A DNA stretch of 62,960 nt, counting the filler, from Octopus bimaculoides (Eukaryota): the NCBI RefSeq assembly GCF_001194135.2. It is 12 parts of 12 records of this genome, joined end to end, with 100 filler letters (N's around TTAATTAATTAA, not from the genome) between each part and the next. Parts side by side here need not be neighbours in the genome. Positions count along the whole stretch, not along the records: positions 6,927 to 34,274 come from NC_068983.1; positions 34,375 to 38,336 come from NW_026400706.1; positions 38,437 to 48,953 come from NC_068984.1; 9 more parts are not named here. One strand, 5' to 3'. Under the pieces are notes generated by a model. It made no database searches, had not been told where the DNA came from, and saw nothing but the letters and a program-made list of their open reading frames with translations. A program made the translations under genes and the position numbers. Positions 27,201-41,179 of the stretch are shown piece after piece. The first letter of the stretch is position 1. Each line of letters opens with the position of its first letter.

Positions 27201-28001
27201 ATATTCTATCTAAATATATTTAGTGCTCTTTCAGTTTATGTTCTGTGGTTGTATGTATGATTATACATATATATTTGCATATAAAACAAAAGCATTAATC
27301 ACATTAATATATATATATGTATATAGATTCGTTTGTGTAATGGCAGAAACTACATTGATTATTGTGTAATATTTTTTTTATTATCCATTATTCATTGTAT
27401 TTTCAGTTTATTCTAACTTGCTTTGCGGTATTAATTTACAATTCATGAGCCAATGAGGAAATTCTTATTTATTTGTTTTTCCTGCTGAGAAACATAACCG
27501 ATTTCCCCTCACATCACGAACTACCGCCTGGAAAGCAGACATACCGGTAAAAGTATTCGAAAACATTTACCAGAAAATGCATAGAAAGTAGTCATTGATT
27601 GAATACCATTGCCCGTTGGTTCAACTAATGAGGAATGACCAGCGTCTAAACAACGACTATACGAATATCGCTTATAAGATTCCAGTGGCATTGATCAATC
27701 AAAGCTAATGATGATCAGGGTCTTTACACCTGAAACGAATACTGGTGGTATGCGTTTTACAGTCCCATTCATCGTTGCACTGAAGGAGTCTCTCATAACT
27801 TCTAGTTGAAATTTCAGCCGGAATTCCATGTGTGAAAGAATCTTAAAAGATAATATTAGTGTCAGTTTATAGAATCGATAACAGGATTCGACTACCTTCG
27901 CACGACGAGCTAGGTCTCTACAAGGATCTTAAGAAACTTTAAGTCGCATAGTGGCCAATCAAACTGTTTTAAATAATAATATATGGTATATTATGGTATA
28001 T

Positions 28002-28437
28002 AGAGGTATGCAGTAATATACATCTGGAAGATCCTGGAAGGAATTGTACCAAATTTTGGCATTGAAAGCTACACCAATGCCAAAACGGGACGACACTGCA
28101 TAGTGCCAAAGGTCCCAGCAATGCCATCGCGCTTCAGGACCAGTTACTGCAACAGCTTGGGATTCAGAGGCCCACAGCTTTTTAATATTCTCCCAAAGAG
28201 CCTGAGGAATCTGCACAAAGTAGATGTAGGAGTTTTTAAATCAAAGCTGGACCTCTTTCTATCGAGAGTCCCCGATGAACCTACCTCGCGGCAGGAGGTG
28301 CAAATGAGGGTTGCTAAATCAAACTCCATTCTTCACCAAGTGCCATATATTGTAAGAAGCTCCCTGTGATAACAGCGTAGCAACACGGTGGTGCATCAGC
28401 ATGGCCGCAGCTTTAAGCTGAAACTTAAAAAAAAAAA
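28002..28437 (+). mobile_element. CR1/L2-group LINE 3' end, same family as 7566-8530
   Basis: YAVIYIWKILEG; SYCNSLGFRGPQLFNILPKSLRNL...FKSKLDLFLSRVPDEP; 3' UTR ..GGTGGTGCATCAGCATGGCCGCAGCTTTAAGCTGAAAC followed by poly(A)/(TAA). Confidence 0.9.
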
Positions 28438-28505
28438 ATAATAATAATAAAAATATATGTAACATCTACTAAATGTGTTGAGTCCCTCTTGCTTCCGTTT
28501 CACCC

Positions 28506-28553
<48 letters not shown>

Positions 28554-29243
28554 GGGGGAAACGGAAACTTTTTTCAATCATTATTATTATTAGTAGTAGT
28601 AGTAGTATGATATATATATCCATATGCATATATATTATTTGTTATTATTTTATATATGTATACATACATGTGTGTTTATGCGTGTATGCATGCATGTGCG
28701 TATGTATGTATGTAAATATGTACATGTATTCATATATAAATATATATATAGATACATATATATATATATATTTAAATATACGCGCACGTCTGTTCCTCTC
28801 TTTCTCTCTCTCTCAATCCCTCTCTCTCTCTCTCTCTCTGTGTTTTCCAATGTATCATTCTGTCTTCCGATTTGGCAGGCTTTAATCGAATGGCTGTTAT
28901 ATGTAGCAGGTCGCGCAATCATAAAGTGCTTCTCTCAATACTTCGGTTTGCCTTCTTTTTTGTCTTTTCTATGTAAAGGATAATGTTTCTGTATTTTCAG
29001 TACAAAATGATATTTTCTGAGAAATTCAATTAATTTCAGTTGTCAAGATTAATGAATTCACACAATTTTATGGTTTATCGATGTTATTTGCTATCCCGTC
29101 AGTCGCGGTTTTCCCGCAAAGAAGCAAGTTAATTTGTTTGTTGTCGGTTATTATTTCTTTATTCTCAGAACATAAATATATTCCAGGGATATTACTTTGC
29201 TGGGAATACATTCATCTGACATTAATATCTCCCGTCTGATACA

Positions 29244-29244
29244 C

Positions 29245-29343
<99 letters not shown>

Positions 29344-29357
29344 CATCATCATCATCA

Positions 29358-29406
<49 letters not shown>

Positions 29407-29420
29407 CATCATCATCATCA

Positions 29421-29466
<46 letters not shown>

Positions 29467-29510
29467 CACTACTACTACTACTATCATCATCATCATTATT
29501 GTTGTTGTTG
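29244..29510. repeat. Higher-order compound trinucleotide array, approximately (CAT)18(TAT)16(CAT)6(TAT)15(CAT)6(TAT)14...
   Basis: Read directly; poly-His/poly-Tyr ORFs are artefacts. Confidence 0.95.
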
Positions 29511-29600
29511 TTCACTTGCCATACATTTTATTGCGTGTTTTCCGTGCAATGTCAAGCGCAGCTCTGTCTGCCCTGGGTCTGTGCAATGTTTGAATTAAAT
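29510..29600 (-). mobile_element. Old R4/Dong-like 3' UTR fragment abutting the trinucleotide array
   Basis: AGCGCAGCTCTGTCTGCCCTGGGT resembles AGCGCAGCTCTGTGCGCCTTGGGT at about 30111-30134. Confidence 0.5.
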
Positions 29601-29916
29601 TTTGTTTTTTTATTGCATTTCATGGTTGCTACGTAAAACCTCATCGGTAATTAGCAGCGCTACTACATTTTATTCGTTATGCTTACAAACTCGTCCTGGA
29701 GTTGAGGTTATTTATGTGTTCTTACCTATCTGCATGTTTTCTTTTACCATTCCCATGGCAAGTATAATTTAAGGACTTATTTCTCTTTACAAGACCCACA
29801 TTCGAGGTATATATATAACGCATCTCACTATTTGGATAGTTTCTTTCAGAGATAAATAATGGTTCACGTATTTATTTTCCGGGTGATCATCAACAACACC
29901 TGTTCAATTACTGTTC

Positions 29917-29962
<46 letters not shown>

Positions 29963-30063
29963 TAATAATACTAATAATAATGTATTGTTATTGTTGTTTT
30001 TGTTATTATTATTATTATTGTTATTATTATTATTATCATTATTAGTAGTATTATTATTATTAT

Positions 30064-30218
30064 TGTTCAGTAGTTTCATTTTTATAACGTGCTTTCACTT
30101 CACTACCGAGCGCAGCTCTGTGCGCCTTGGGTATGTGCTGTGGTTTGCTGTGATGCTCTTATGGTTACTGTATTGAAAGTGTTTTGCGTAGGATGTGTGC
30201 AGTGCCCAGTAGTGCAAT
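30064..30218 (-). mobile_element. R4/Dong-like LINE 3' end running into (TAA)n
   Basis: 30218-30165 encodes IALLGTAHILRKTLSIQ*, a typical C-terminus of RLE-type R4/Dong elements; followed by 3' UTR and a (TAA)n array at 29915-30063. Confidence 0.8.
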
Positions 30219-30329
30219 TTAAAAAAAAAAAATTTTTTTATAACATACGGAAAATTAATACTTTTAAATATATTTTAGCCACTTTCATTTCTTTCAGCAT
30301 AATATCAAAGACAGTTTGCCTAGACACTT

Positions 30330-30560
30330 GAATTGATTGGCATCTCTATTTTTTTTAAAAATAAATTTATTCCATTAAGAGGGTCTCTCTTTTTGTCTGT
30401 TAATAGCTGGAGAATCACATGTTCAAACTATTCTCATATCACTGAAGTATGTCTTTTCTGTACAAAGGAGTCTATCACTTCTTCAGACTTTGCAAATATT
30501 TTTAAGTCATTCATAAAACGTAGATGTTTTGGAAAGGGTGTATTTTCATCTTGACTGTAC
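30330..30560 (-). mobile_element. Decayed R4/Dong-like RT core fragment
   Basis: KHLRFMNDLKIFAKSEEVIDSFVQ resembles HL.(F/Y)MDDLKL(F/Y)AK.E..L. Confidence 0.6.
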
Positions 30561-32098
30561 CTGAAGTATTTTGTAAATGTCACTGAAATGGGTATAAGCT
30601 GTTAAGAAATAACAAAGGTGAGGGAGAGATATTTTGGATGTTGTCTCTTTTAATGACTACACTTCACGTATTCACGTACACCATGTCATATACGTTTCAG
30701 TGCCACATACAAACGCAGAAGTTGATAAGCTTTTCAGGTATGCCAAATGTTATAAAAGAAATCATCTCATTCTTATCAAAATCACCAACCTGACAGCAAT
30801 GTGAGAGAAGCCAAAGGAACTCTTCCTACGGTAACGGACCAACTAGAGACTATGGTTAGTAGTACAATCCACTATCATTCACTGACAGGATGGTGACTGA
30901 AATTAGAGAAGTTAGGAAATTATCGAAGGTAGTTCGAAAATCTGGATATATAAATATTAGTAATAGTTCTATGTGTTATACGAAGAAAACCTTAAAACGT
31001 TTAAGGAAGAGGTATTCGTCACAGAACTAGTAGCAACATACAAAATGACATTACAAAATAAGCTCCAGAGTTTTTGAACCAAAACATCAAAAAGGAAAGA
31101 AACAGAGGAGGCGAATGAACAACGAGTAAAATGAAGCATGAGGTGAGAAAAGTTTTCGCGAAGAAGAGACCACCGCTGTGATGGACCGGAAATTTACGCT
31201 GATCCAAAACGAGAAACGAAGACTAGTTTCGTTAAATCTGTCCATTCAAAGAAAATGAATTAGTCTGAGAAAGAGGTTGGAAGCAAGAACAAATTGATTT
31301 TACGTCAAAGATGAAAGGGGAAAAGAAAGAATCACTGAGGATGATGAGTCGATCTCATCCAAGCCAAGGAAAACTTGAACAAAAACAATCGTTGTTGTTC
31401 TTGTTATTGTAGGTATGACGCAATTTCAATTTCTTTGGTCATGGTCATTAATTTTGTTGTAGTTAAAGGGCTGGCACATATCTTAGTGATAAGGTTGATC
31501 GTATCTTGATAATAAGTCCTAGATTTGAATCTTTGACAGGAAGGCGCGTGGCGACTAGGCCCAAGAAATCATTTAGAGTTGTTGATCATATTCAGCTGAA
31601 AATTGCAGTGGAATGTTTGGTGCAGCTTTCTCCTCCTCCAGTTGTTACATCTTCGGTTTTGCTGGGACTAATGGTGGAAACGGTGTATGCCAAAATCTGC
31701 ACCCGAATATACAGGCCAATCAAAACAGTTAGAGAAGACATAGTACCAGATATTAGGAAGTGTTCATGTACGAGTGACGGCTAAGCAAGGTTAATTATTT
31801 TAGCGCAGATAGAGAATTAATCGTGTTAATGATGAACAGGATGATGAGTACAATTACCGTAATGTTGTAATGTGCTGATGATTATTGTATTAGATACGAT
31901 AATAATGACAATGTTTACAACGATGGTAAGTGATGAAACTGTTAAGCATGATTACGTTAGAATTTACATCTTCGCCATAGATAAATTTCCTAATAAGCTA
32001 ATCTTCCTATTCAAACTGGCGAGTTGCACTCAATAAAATTAATTTTCTGCTTGGCTTGAGAAACTGAAAGAACATACATACACACAAGCATACATACA

Positions 32099-32130
<32 letters not shown>

Positions 32131-32195
32131 CACACACACATATATATCTATAGACACACACATATATGCACGCATAATCTTATATACATACACAC

Positions 32196-32256
<61 letters not shown>

Positions 32257-32318
32257 CACATGTGTGTGTATGTACATGTGAATATGTCTTATATATGGAT
32301 GTATGTGTGTTGGTTGTA

Positions 32319-32352
<34 letters not shown>

Positions 32353-33462
32353 CGTGTGTTTATATATAGCTATATAGGTATATGAATGTGTATATGTATG
32401 TGTGTATATTCATATCTAGAAAGAAAGAGATATACACGTCTTTCATGTGTCAGTGTGTGTGTTTGTGTTTGTGTGTCTGTGTGTATATGGGTGTGTATGC
32501 GTGTCTGTGTATGTGTTTGTGCACTTGTGTACCTGTCTTCTTTGTTCTAACGTGACCTACGTCGTGGCTTATATAACTTGATGACATTTGCTCTTCTATC
32601 AGTTCGTTCCAATAATTCATGTAACTTAAAAGTCATCTGAACCTACGCTGTCTGCCCCTAATAAACTTTTTGACATCTTTCGATTAAAGATCTTCATTGC
32701 TTTCCTACTTACCCCCACCTTTCCCCAGCAGGTAGTATTCTTTTTCTTTCTACTTAATGACTCCTTAACCACATCCACTTTATTTCGATTTTGAGCGACC
32801 TTCACATTTTTCATCATTTTCTTTGTCCAGTTTGATTTTGTTTGTTATTCTAACTTCTCTTTTTCTGTCTGATCATTTTCTCGAGAGCTTCCTTACTGAG
32901 TTATTTGTTTACTTTCTGGAGCAATGTAAACTTCGTTGAACTAACAACGACATGAAGATTGGCTAAGCTGAGTTTTGTTTCTTGCTACAGACTCACTTAA
33001 AAACATCTGGTTAGGAAACAATTGTAGTCTGCGACTAGCTGTTTCATCCCTGATTTTGACGATTTTTATTTAAATTCATAGCAGTGTTAGTTGCTAAACT
33101 AAGAGTTGCACGGAGACAATCGATCGGTTTATCGAAATTGCATCCAGCATTGATATAGAAGAAGTGTGTAAGTTACGATGTTAACAGATATGTTAAAAAA
33201 TATATTGCTCGCGTTTTATCCTCTACACGAGTCACCTAATTGCTTGAAGTTTACTAGCTTCCTACACTTCGATCCCTGGATCACAATTACCTATTGGTAT
33301 GTATGTCTATATTAATGATTTTGTGTATGTATGTAGGTATGTACACACATACGCACGCACACACGCACACATATATTTATGTCCATCTGAGTATTTTTCT
33401 TATGTATAGAGGAAGGTAGATAGATATAATAGATATAGATATATGCCTCACATATATATATG

Positions 33463-33498
<36 letters not shown>

Positions 33499-33641
33499 TA
33501 CGTATTATTGTACAAAATTACATATAAAATTAGGTTGAAAGTTTATGCATATTAATGATATATATATACATATATATGTGTCTCTGTGTGAGTGCGCGTG
33601 AGTCTGAATGTGTATATTTGTGTGTGTTTGTGTGTGTGTGC

Positions 33642-33689
<48 letters not shown>

Positions 33690-34181
33690 GAGTTCACTTC
33701 CTTCTCATGTAGTGTACGTTTGATGTGAAATATTTCTGAATCGATGCAAATTTTATGTAGGATGTTCTTTTCCCTGTGTTGTTTGACGATTCAATCGTGT
33801 CGACAATTAACGATTATTTCAGTTAATGAGGAAAAACAATGAAGAATAAGCTAGGGAAATGAGAGATGTAGGGACATGTGTCAGAAAACAAAGAAACGTC
33901 AACCGCAAAACACAATCTGACAGATTGCGAAAGGGTAAAAATGGAATAATTACAACGATGGTGTGTCAAAGCGAACACACATAATATCAGGTTGCTTAAT
34001 GTAACATAATGGGCTTCTAATTAAATATTTTCACTCATTGACTTAATGCGCCGGTGAATTGTTTCTTAATTCGGAATGTCAGAAATAACAAAAATAATTA
34101 TATGTATCTAATGAACAATTTCAATATCGTTGTTACTGTCATTTTTAATTTTGAACGTTCGAATAATACTTGTAGCACCCC

Positions 34182-34274
<93 letters not shown>

Positions 34275-34589
34275 NNNNNNNNNNNNNNNNNNNNNNNNNN
34301 NNNNNNNNNNNNNNNNNNTTAATTAATTAANNNNNNNNNNNNNNNNNNNNNNNNNNNNNNNNNNNNNNNNNNNNATATATATATACATATATATATATAT
34401 ATACATATATACACGACACGTGAATGCGTGCAATGTGAAGCAATGACATACGTATGCAATTGTCTACAGAGCGGGTGTGTATAAAGTGTGTGCTTGTGTA
34501 TACCTGCCTATACATACATGATCGAGCAATGCGTTCAACACACCGGCGGCCCTCTATTTAAAAGCAGCTGTATCGAATCACATTATAAC

Positions 34590-35680
34590 AAACATTAACA
34601 ACAACAACAACAAAAGCAGTAACGACAACAGCAGTACCTCAACCGTCACCCTCACCATCATCATCATCACGACCACCACTAATAATAGCAGCAGCACTAA
34701 CAACCACAACCACAACAACAACATTGCAGCCTTCTTCTCTACGTTGCTGTTGTTCACTAATCAGGACTCTATTGCACAGCAGCAAAAATAATCAATAGAC
34801 AGAATCAAGTGAACTTGTCTTGGAGAAGGAGAGCACAGAGAGAGAGAGAGAGAGAGAGAGACAGCACATAGAGAGAGAAAGAGAGGGGGAGAAAGAGAGT
34901 AAGGAGTCGAGGAGGATGGAGAGAAAAGACGAAACACAGAAGCAAAACTGGAGAAGATGGAGAAAGAAAAAAGCATCGACTTTTACGAAGAATTACAAGA
35001 CCCAGCTCGATCTATCTATCTATCTATCTATCTATCTACCTACCTACCTATCTACCTATCTATCTATCTATCTATCTATCTGTCTCTCTCTTCGGTCATA
35101 GTGTCTTTCTATCAACTGACTGTGTAGGTATGTTGCTGGATATGTGTATACAGATGTAGTATCACTATTAGTAGTAGCTATACAAGTAGTAGTAGTAGTA
35201 GTAGTCGCAGCAGCAGCAGCAGCAGTAGTAATTGTAGTGTTGGTCGCAGGAGGAGTAAAGGTGACAATGAGTGGTGGTGGTGGTGGTGACGGTAATAGTA
35301 TTCTTATGGTAGTACTAAATACGAGTGTAGTAGCAGTAGTAGTAGTAGTAGTAGTAGTGAGTGTAGTGAGAATAACACTAGTGCCAATAATTGCAATGAT
35401 TGTTGTTGCTGTAGCTTTGTGGTGGCGGCGGCGGTAGTGGTTATAGTATTCTTGTAGTAGTAGTAGTAGTAGTAGTAGTAGTACTACTACTACTACTACA
35501 CGAGTGTAGTAGTTGTAGTACTGATTGTGGTGAAGTAATACTCGTGCTAATGATAGTAGTAGCGGTGGTGGTGCGCTGTTTTAAGATTAAAAAATCCGAA
35601 AACAATTATGTCGTTGGCGATGCTGTTTCTTTTTGCTACTACTACCACCGTTATGACAGTAGTAGTAGTAACGGTAAGAA
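34590..35680. repeat. Low-complexity cluster of (CAA/CAC/CAT)n, (GA)n, (TATC)n and (GTA/GTG/GCA)n arrays
   Basis: Read directly. Confidence 0.85.
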
Positions 35681-36672
35681 GTAAAAAAAAAAAGCAGATA
35701 GTGAATGCGTTTTCTATACCCAGCCCACGGGCACAGTTCTCGTATGAAAGTGTGTGTGGCTGTTCGACATTATCTGCATGCGTGTGTATATGTGTTTGAC
35801 ATGAGCATGAGTATGTGTATATGTACCTAGTAATCCTCATGCTGGTGGCGTGGGGAACGTATGAGGTGGAGATGGGGGGAAAACTACCGTCAGCGATGAA
35901 AGACAAGGAAAAGTAAGTAATGGGATGGGGGGTAGGACGCAGGAGATGGAAAATAAAATGACAAAAATAAAAATTAAAAATAAAGGAAAAAGAGATAAGG
36001 AGAGAGAGAGAGAGAGCAGGAAAGAAGACGAGAGAAAGAGAGAGAGAGAAAGAGAGAGAGAATGGAAAGATTATAAAATGAGGGCAAGATTGTACAAAGA
36101 TAAAAAGAACGAGAGAGTGAGGTGAAAACGAAAGTGAAAGTAGAAAGACAAAACGAGAAAGAGAGAGATTGAGTGAATGAATGAATGAATGAGAGATAGA
36201 GAGGGTGTGTTCAATGTTATTGTCCACATCAACGCATTCCTCTATAAGCCTTATTTCAAGCTAACCTTTCATCTGCAGAAGAATAGTTTGTTGGAACCAA
36301 ATAAGGTAAAAAGGTAGATAGGTAGGTGTACGCAGATGGATGTCTAGAGAGATACATTGATAGATATAACGAATAGTACAATCGGTGTAAGATTTGAGTG
36401 ATAGCATACATACAGACGAAAGTACATGCATGCAATACATCCATAAATATGTGTGAATGTATTAATATACCATCGTATATAAATGTATGGATGGATGAGG
36501 AAAGAGATGAGAATGAGAATCAAAGACACATGAAATGGGGAGATAATATGAATCCCTTTATGTCATAGCAAAATGTTTTAATACCGCAGTATATTATGGA
36601 AGAATAGACGCTTCGAGGTGCAACAGTCTGTAGATTATTATTACAAGAGGACGCGCATACAGTTATGTTTCG

Positions 36673-36707
<35 letters not shown>

Positions 36708-38101
36708 TAACGGAGAAACAACAATATGAATTCGTCGTTGAATGGGAGGCAGAAAGAAAAGAGAAAAAGCAGAGACAGGGAGAGAGTGAGAGAGAGACAA
36801 GGGAAAAGAAAGGCAAAAAGCAAGATCAGAGAGAAAGGTGTTGAGAAGAGAATCGGGAAGAGGCACGAAAGAAAAGCAAATATCAAAGGGAGTGAAGTGA
36901 TTTGGGCCTGTGTGTATGTGGAGAGGGGGAGAGGAATTAGCGCATGTTAGTGAAAGTGTTTCAATGGAGGAAGATAGTTCCCGGTTCTCAAAAAACTCAG
37001 TCCCGAGTTGTAATTTTGTGTCCCACAGTTTCGTTATATGGAGCATGTTTAACGACACCGCACACTGTCTGTTGCGGTCGTATTTTTGATTGCTGTCAGC
37101 TCTCCATTTCTGTCTCTCTTTCTCTGCGGGAACTAATCCCAAAATCTTCCTCAAATAGCTTAAACATTTAAACATTATATATATATATATATATATATAT
37201 ATNNNNNNNNNNNNNNNNNNNNNNNNNNNNNNNNNNNNNNNNNNNNNNNNNNNNNNNNNNNNNNNNNNNNNNNNNNNNNNNNNNNNNNNNNNNNNNNNNN
37301 NNNNNNNNNNNNNNNNNNNNNNNNNNNNNNNNNNNNNNNNNNNNNNNNNNNNNNNNNNNNNNNNNNNNNNNNNNNNNNNNNNNNNNNNNNNNNNNNNNNN
37401 NNNNNNNNNNNNNNNNNNNNNNNNNNNNNNNNNNNNNNNNNNNNNNNNNNNNNNNNNNNNNNNNNNNNNNNNNNNNNNNNNNNNNNNNNNNNNNNNNNNN
37501 NNNNNNNNNNNNNNNNNNNNNNNNNNNNNNNNNNNNNNNNNNNNNNNNNNNNNNNNNNNNNNNNNNNNNNNNNNNNNNNNNNNNNNNNNNNNNNNNNNNN
37601 NNNNNNNNNNNNNNNNNNNNNNNNNNNNNNNNNNNNNNNNNNNNNNNNNNNNNNNNNNNNNNNNNNNNNNNNNNNNNNNNNNNNNNNNNNNNNNNNNNNN
37701 NNNNNNNNNNNNNNNNNNNNNNNNNNNNNNNNNNNNNNNNNNNNNNNNNNNNNNNNNNNNNNNNNNNNNNNNNNNNNNNNNNNNNNNNNNNNNNNNNNNN
37801 NNNNNNNNNNNNNNNNNNNNNNNNNNNNNNNNNNNNNNNNNNNNNNNNNNNNNNNNNNNNNNNNNNNNNNNNNNNNNNNNNNNNNNNNNNNNNNNNNNNN
37901 NNNNNNNNNNNNNNNNNNNNNNNNNNNNNNNNNNNNNNNNNNNATTTTAGAAAAAAAAAGTAACAGAACATAACATAACATGAAGAAGCAATGTTAGAAA
38001 GCCTATACAACTCCATCTGCTATTTTGAGTAGCAATTAGAGACGAAGAATATCAATGTTTAATTGGCCCAGCGCACGGACTTACACGCGAACATGCACTT
38101 A

Positions 38102-38138
<37 letters not shown>

Positions 38139-38458
38139 TGGATTTGGTAAAACTTTGCATAAGAGATTTAGCACATAAACACATGCATATAAACACGTAT
38201 ACATACATACACATGAGGTTCAAAATATAGAAAGAAAATATACGCACGTACACTTAGTACTTTGTAAGCTGCATAAAGGATATTAAATCTAAAGAAACGT
38301 GTGCTCGCGTATATACATATATATATATATATATATNNNNNNNNNNNNNNNNNNNNNNNNNNNNNNNNNNNNNNNNNNNNTTAATTAATTAANNNNNNNN
38401 NNNNNNNNNNNNNNNNNNNNNNNNNNNNNNNNNNNNAGCTATGGGTGTTTGTGTGCGC

Positions 38459-38512
<54 letters not shown>

Positions 38513-39936
38513 GCGTCTGTGTGTATGCGTGTGTCGGTGTGTACAATATGCACACTGTACTGGTGACTCTTACTGATTGCATCGCATTTTAACTTTTCAA
38601 CTTTTTAGAAGAAATACACACTCACACACTCAGACACACTTTTACACACGCGCTCACCCACCCACACACACTTACATACATGTGTATCTATGCTTTTGCT
38701 TTTATGTATTTGTCACACAATTTCAATATATACTATTTAATGCCATGATTTGTGGCACTTAACTGTACGGTACCGTATTTGAGTGTTATCTTCTTAGTGG
38801 TTCTTGTGGTAAAAATATAATAATAATTATAACTATCTTTAATTTTACCCTAATTTTTAGTTTTATTATTATGAATTTCGTTTTCGTATTTTGCCACTGT
38901 ACGATATAATTATTTATCTCGGAGAACTACTTTAATATAGGAAGGAAAAGAACAGAAGCTACAAAAAAATTTCATTTTATATAATTTTTCTCAATCTTCG
39001 AAGGAAAGGGGAAAAAGTGCAAAGTGGAAGAAAAATATATTACACAAAGTGTCTTTTGGGAAATTGGGAAAATCAAGCANNNNNNNNNNNNNNNNNNNNN
39101 NNNNNNNNNNNNNNNNNNNNNNNNNNNNNNNNNNNNNNNNNNNNNNNNNNNNNNNNNNNNNNNNNNNNNNNNNNNNNNNNNNNNNNNNNNNNNNNNNNNN
39201 NNNNNNNNNNNNNNNNNNNNNNNNNNNNNNNNNNNNNNNNNNNNNNNNNNNNNNNNNNNNNNNNNNNNNNNNNNNNNNNNNNNNNNNNNNNNNNNNNNNN
39301 NNNNNNNNNNNNNNNNNNNCACATACACACACATATATATATATATATATGTTTCGCCAGTAAGCAGGCGAAAGAACGAAAGTAAGTGAAATATGAGCAA
39401 AACTATGAACGCAGGCGGAAACGAGGCGAATAAAAAAAATATAAAAATTCAAATAAAGAGAATAATAGTATTTACCCATTTTTTCTCAGTGTGTATAATT
39501 GGAGTCAAGTTTGGGGTGATTGAATTGCTAAATTCGATTTAGTGAAGCATTTAAGTCGATTTTGCGCTACGTCCAGATTTGTTGAAACAACCAATAAGAG
39601 AGGAATGGCAGAAATAAACATGTTAGTTTTCTTAACGGAGTTTTGTCAGCGGTTGTCCTTACAAATTACTGCGTTTCGAAGAACACAAAGCATAACATGA
39701 ATCTTGTAAGAATTCTGTATATTTTCGAAAGTTACATTCGTGCACTGTTTATGTCTTTTCAGCATAGAGTACATGGAAAAAAAAATCTGCATAGAGTTTG
39801 ACAAATGGTAATTCGGAAAAAGTTTTATTTGACTTCAAATAGTACTTTATACAAACTGTTACATTGTAATAATGTGTACGTTTGGTGCGATGTTTCACAA
39901 ACTGGAATCCAATAATGGTGTGGCCATCAATATGTA

Positions 39937-41179
39937 CATGGTGTTCGGGCTAAATTTAACAGATTGTATAAAAAGAAAAGAAAACACAATACCCTATCCA
40001 AAAATAAAAGTATTTTTTAAAAAACATGAAAAATATCAACTAGATTATGGCTTGGAGATGACAATATACTCAAGGTAGCCATTCTTGCCTTCCTTCACGG
40101 CCTCGAAACCGCTTTAGAACCTGCTGTATGCAATCCACCCTGTGTCCCTGGGAAGGTCTCCGAATATCTGCTTGATCTTGATCTTGATCAACCTTTGTTT
40201 AACGGTTGATATCTTTCTCAACCGAATCGCACACATAGTAATCAATGGGATTACTATCGGGGGAATTTAGAGGCCAGAAACTAAGACTGGATTTCGTAAA
40301 AATTCCCCGACAACCACTTCTGACATTTTCTGGAGGTATGCCAAGGAGCCGAATCCCGCTGCCACACATATGACATTTCACCAGAAAACCTATCCCGCCA
40401 GGCTTTGACCACAATCTTCTCCAACTGTCTGAATTTAGCCTAAGACTGTTCATCAGTTGCCGGACGAATTCTGGATGCAGTCAGAATTCCTGTGGTGTTA
40501 CGTCCTGCTGGCCACGAATTTGCTGTCTCCATTGCAGCTGTTGTTGTTGGCACTCCGTCTCTTACGACGTCGAGGGTTCCAGTTGATCCGATCAACGGAA
40601 CAGCCTGCTCGTGAAATTAACGTGCAAGTGGCTGAGCACTCCACAGACACGTGCACCTTTAACGTAGTTCTCGGGGATATTCAGCGTGACACAGTGTGAC
40701 AAGGCTGACCCTTTGAATTACAGGCACAACAGAAACAAGAAGTAAGAGAGAGAGAAAGTTGTGGTGAAATAGTACAGCAGGGTTCACCACCATCCCCTGC
40801 CGGAGCCTCGTGGAGCTTTAGGTGTTTTCTCTCAATAATCACTTACAACGCCCGGTCTGGGAATCGAAACCGTGATCCTATGACCGCGAGTCCGCTGCCC
40901 TAACCACTGGGCCATTGCGCCTCCACCTCCATTGCAACTATCCCTGTCATATCCTACATTGTTCACAGAGCATTGAGCTACAGCATTGGCAGTTTGACAG
41001 TTGGCGTGATTTATCATAATACAGGTAACTCATTTCCAATATTCAGATGGCTTCAAATCTTCCTCGTCAGCTATCTCTTTGTCTTTAATCTTTACGATCT
41101 TGACTGTTCACCAATACATCAAGTTATTCCCGAAAAAAGGAGACATAAGAAAATCGTCAAATTTAGCCCGAATAACATG
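39937..41179 (-). mobile_element. Tc1/mariner maT (DD37D-type) transposon, internally deleted, with both TIRs and TA TSD
   Basis: Left TIR CATGGTGTTCGGGCTAAATTTAAC; right TIR (revcomp) CATGTTATTCGGGCTAAATTTGAC; TA at 39935-36 and 41180-81; transposase motifs LRLNSD, YVWQRDSAPWHTSRK.QKWLS.NFY and FWPLNSPDSNPIDYYV at about 40200-40450. Confidence 0.88.
40540..40926 (-). mobile_element. SINE family C, full length, nested in the maT element, with (AAC)n tail and 13-bp TSD
   Basis: A box TGGCCCAGTGG; B box GGTTTCGATTCC; TSD CTCCATTGCAGCT (40527-39) / CTCCATTGCAACT (40927-39). Confidence 0.93.

Noticed and set aside
32626-32900. K/E-rich minus-strand stretch ending in a GGG|GTAAGT donor
   Set aside because: No polypyrimidine acceptor, and stops in every frame upstream
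36663-37175. 170-aa minus-strand ORF
   Set aside because: Half is CT-rich low complexity ending in (TA)n; no domain or splice support
40860-40924. tRNA-like A/B boxes here and at other SINE heads
   Set aside because: They continue into SINE bodies and lack a cloverleaf acceptor stem; not tRNA genes
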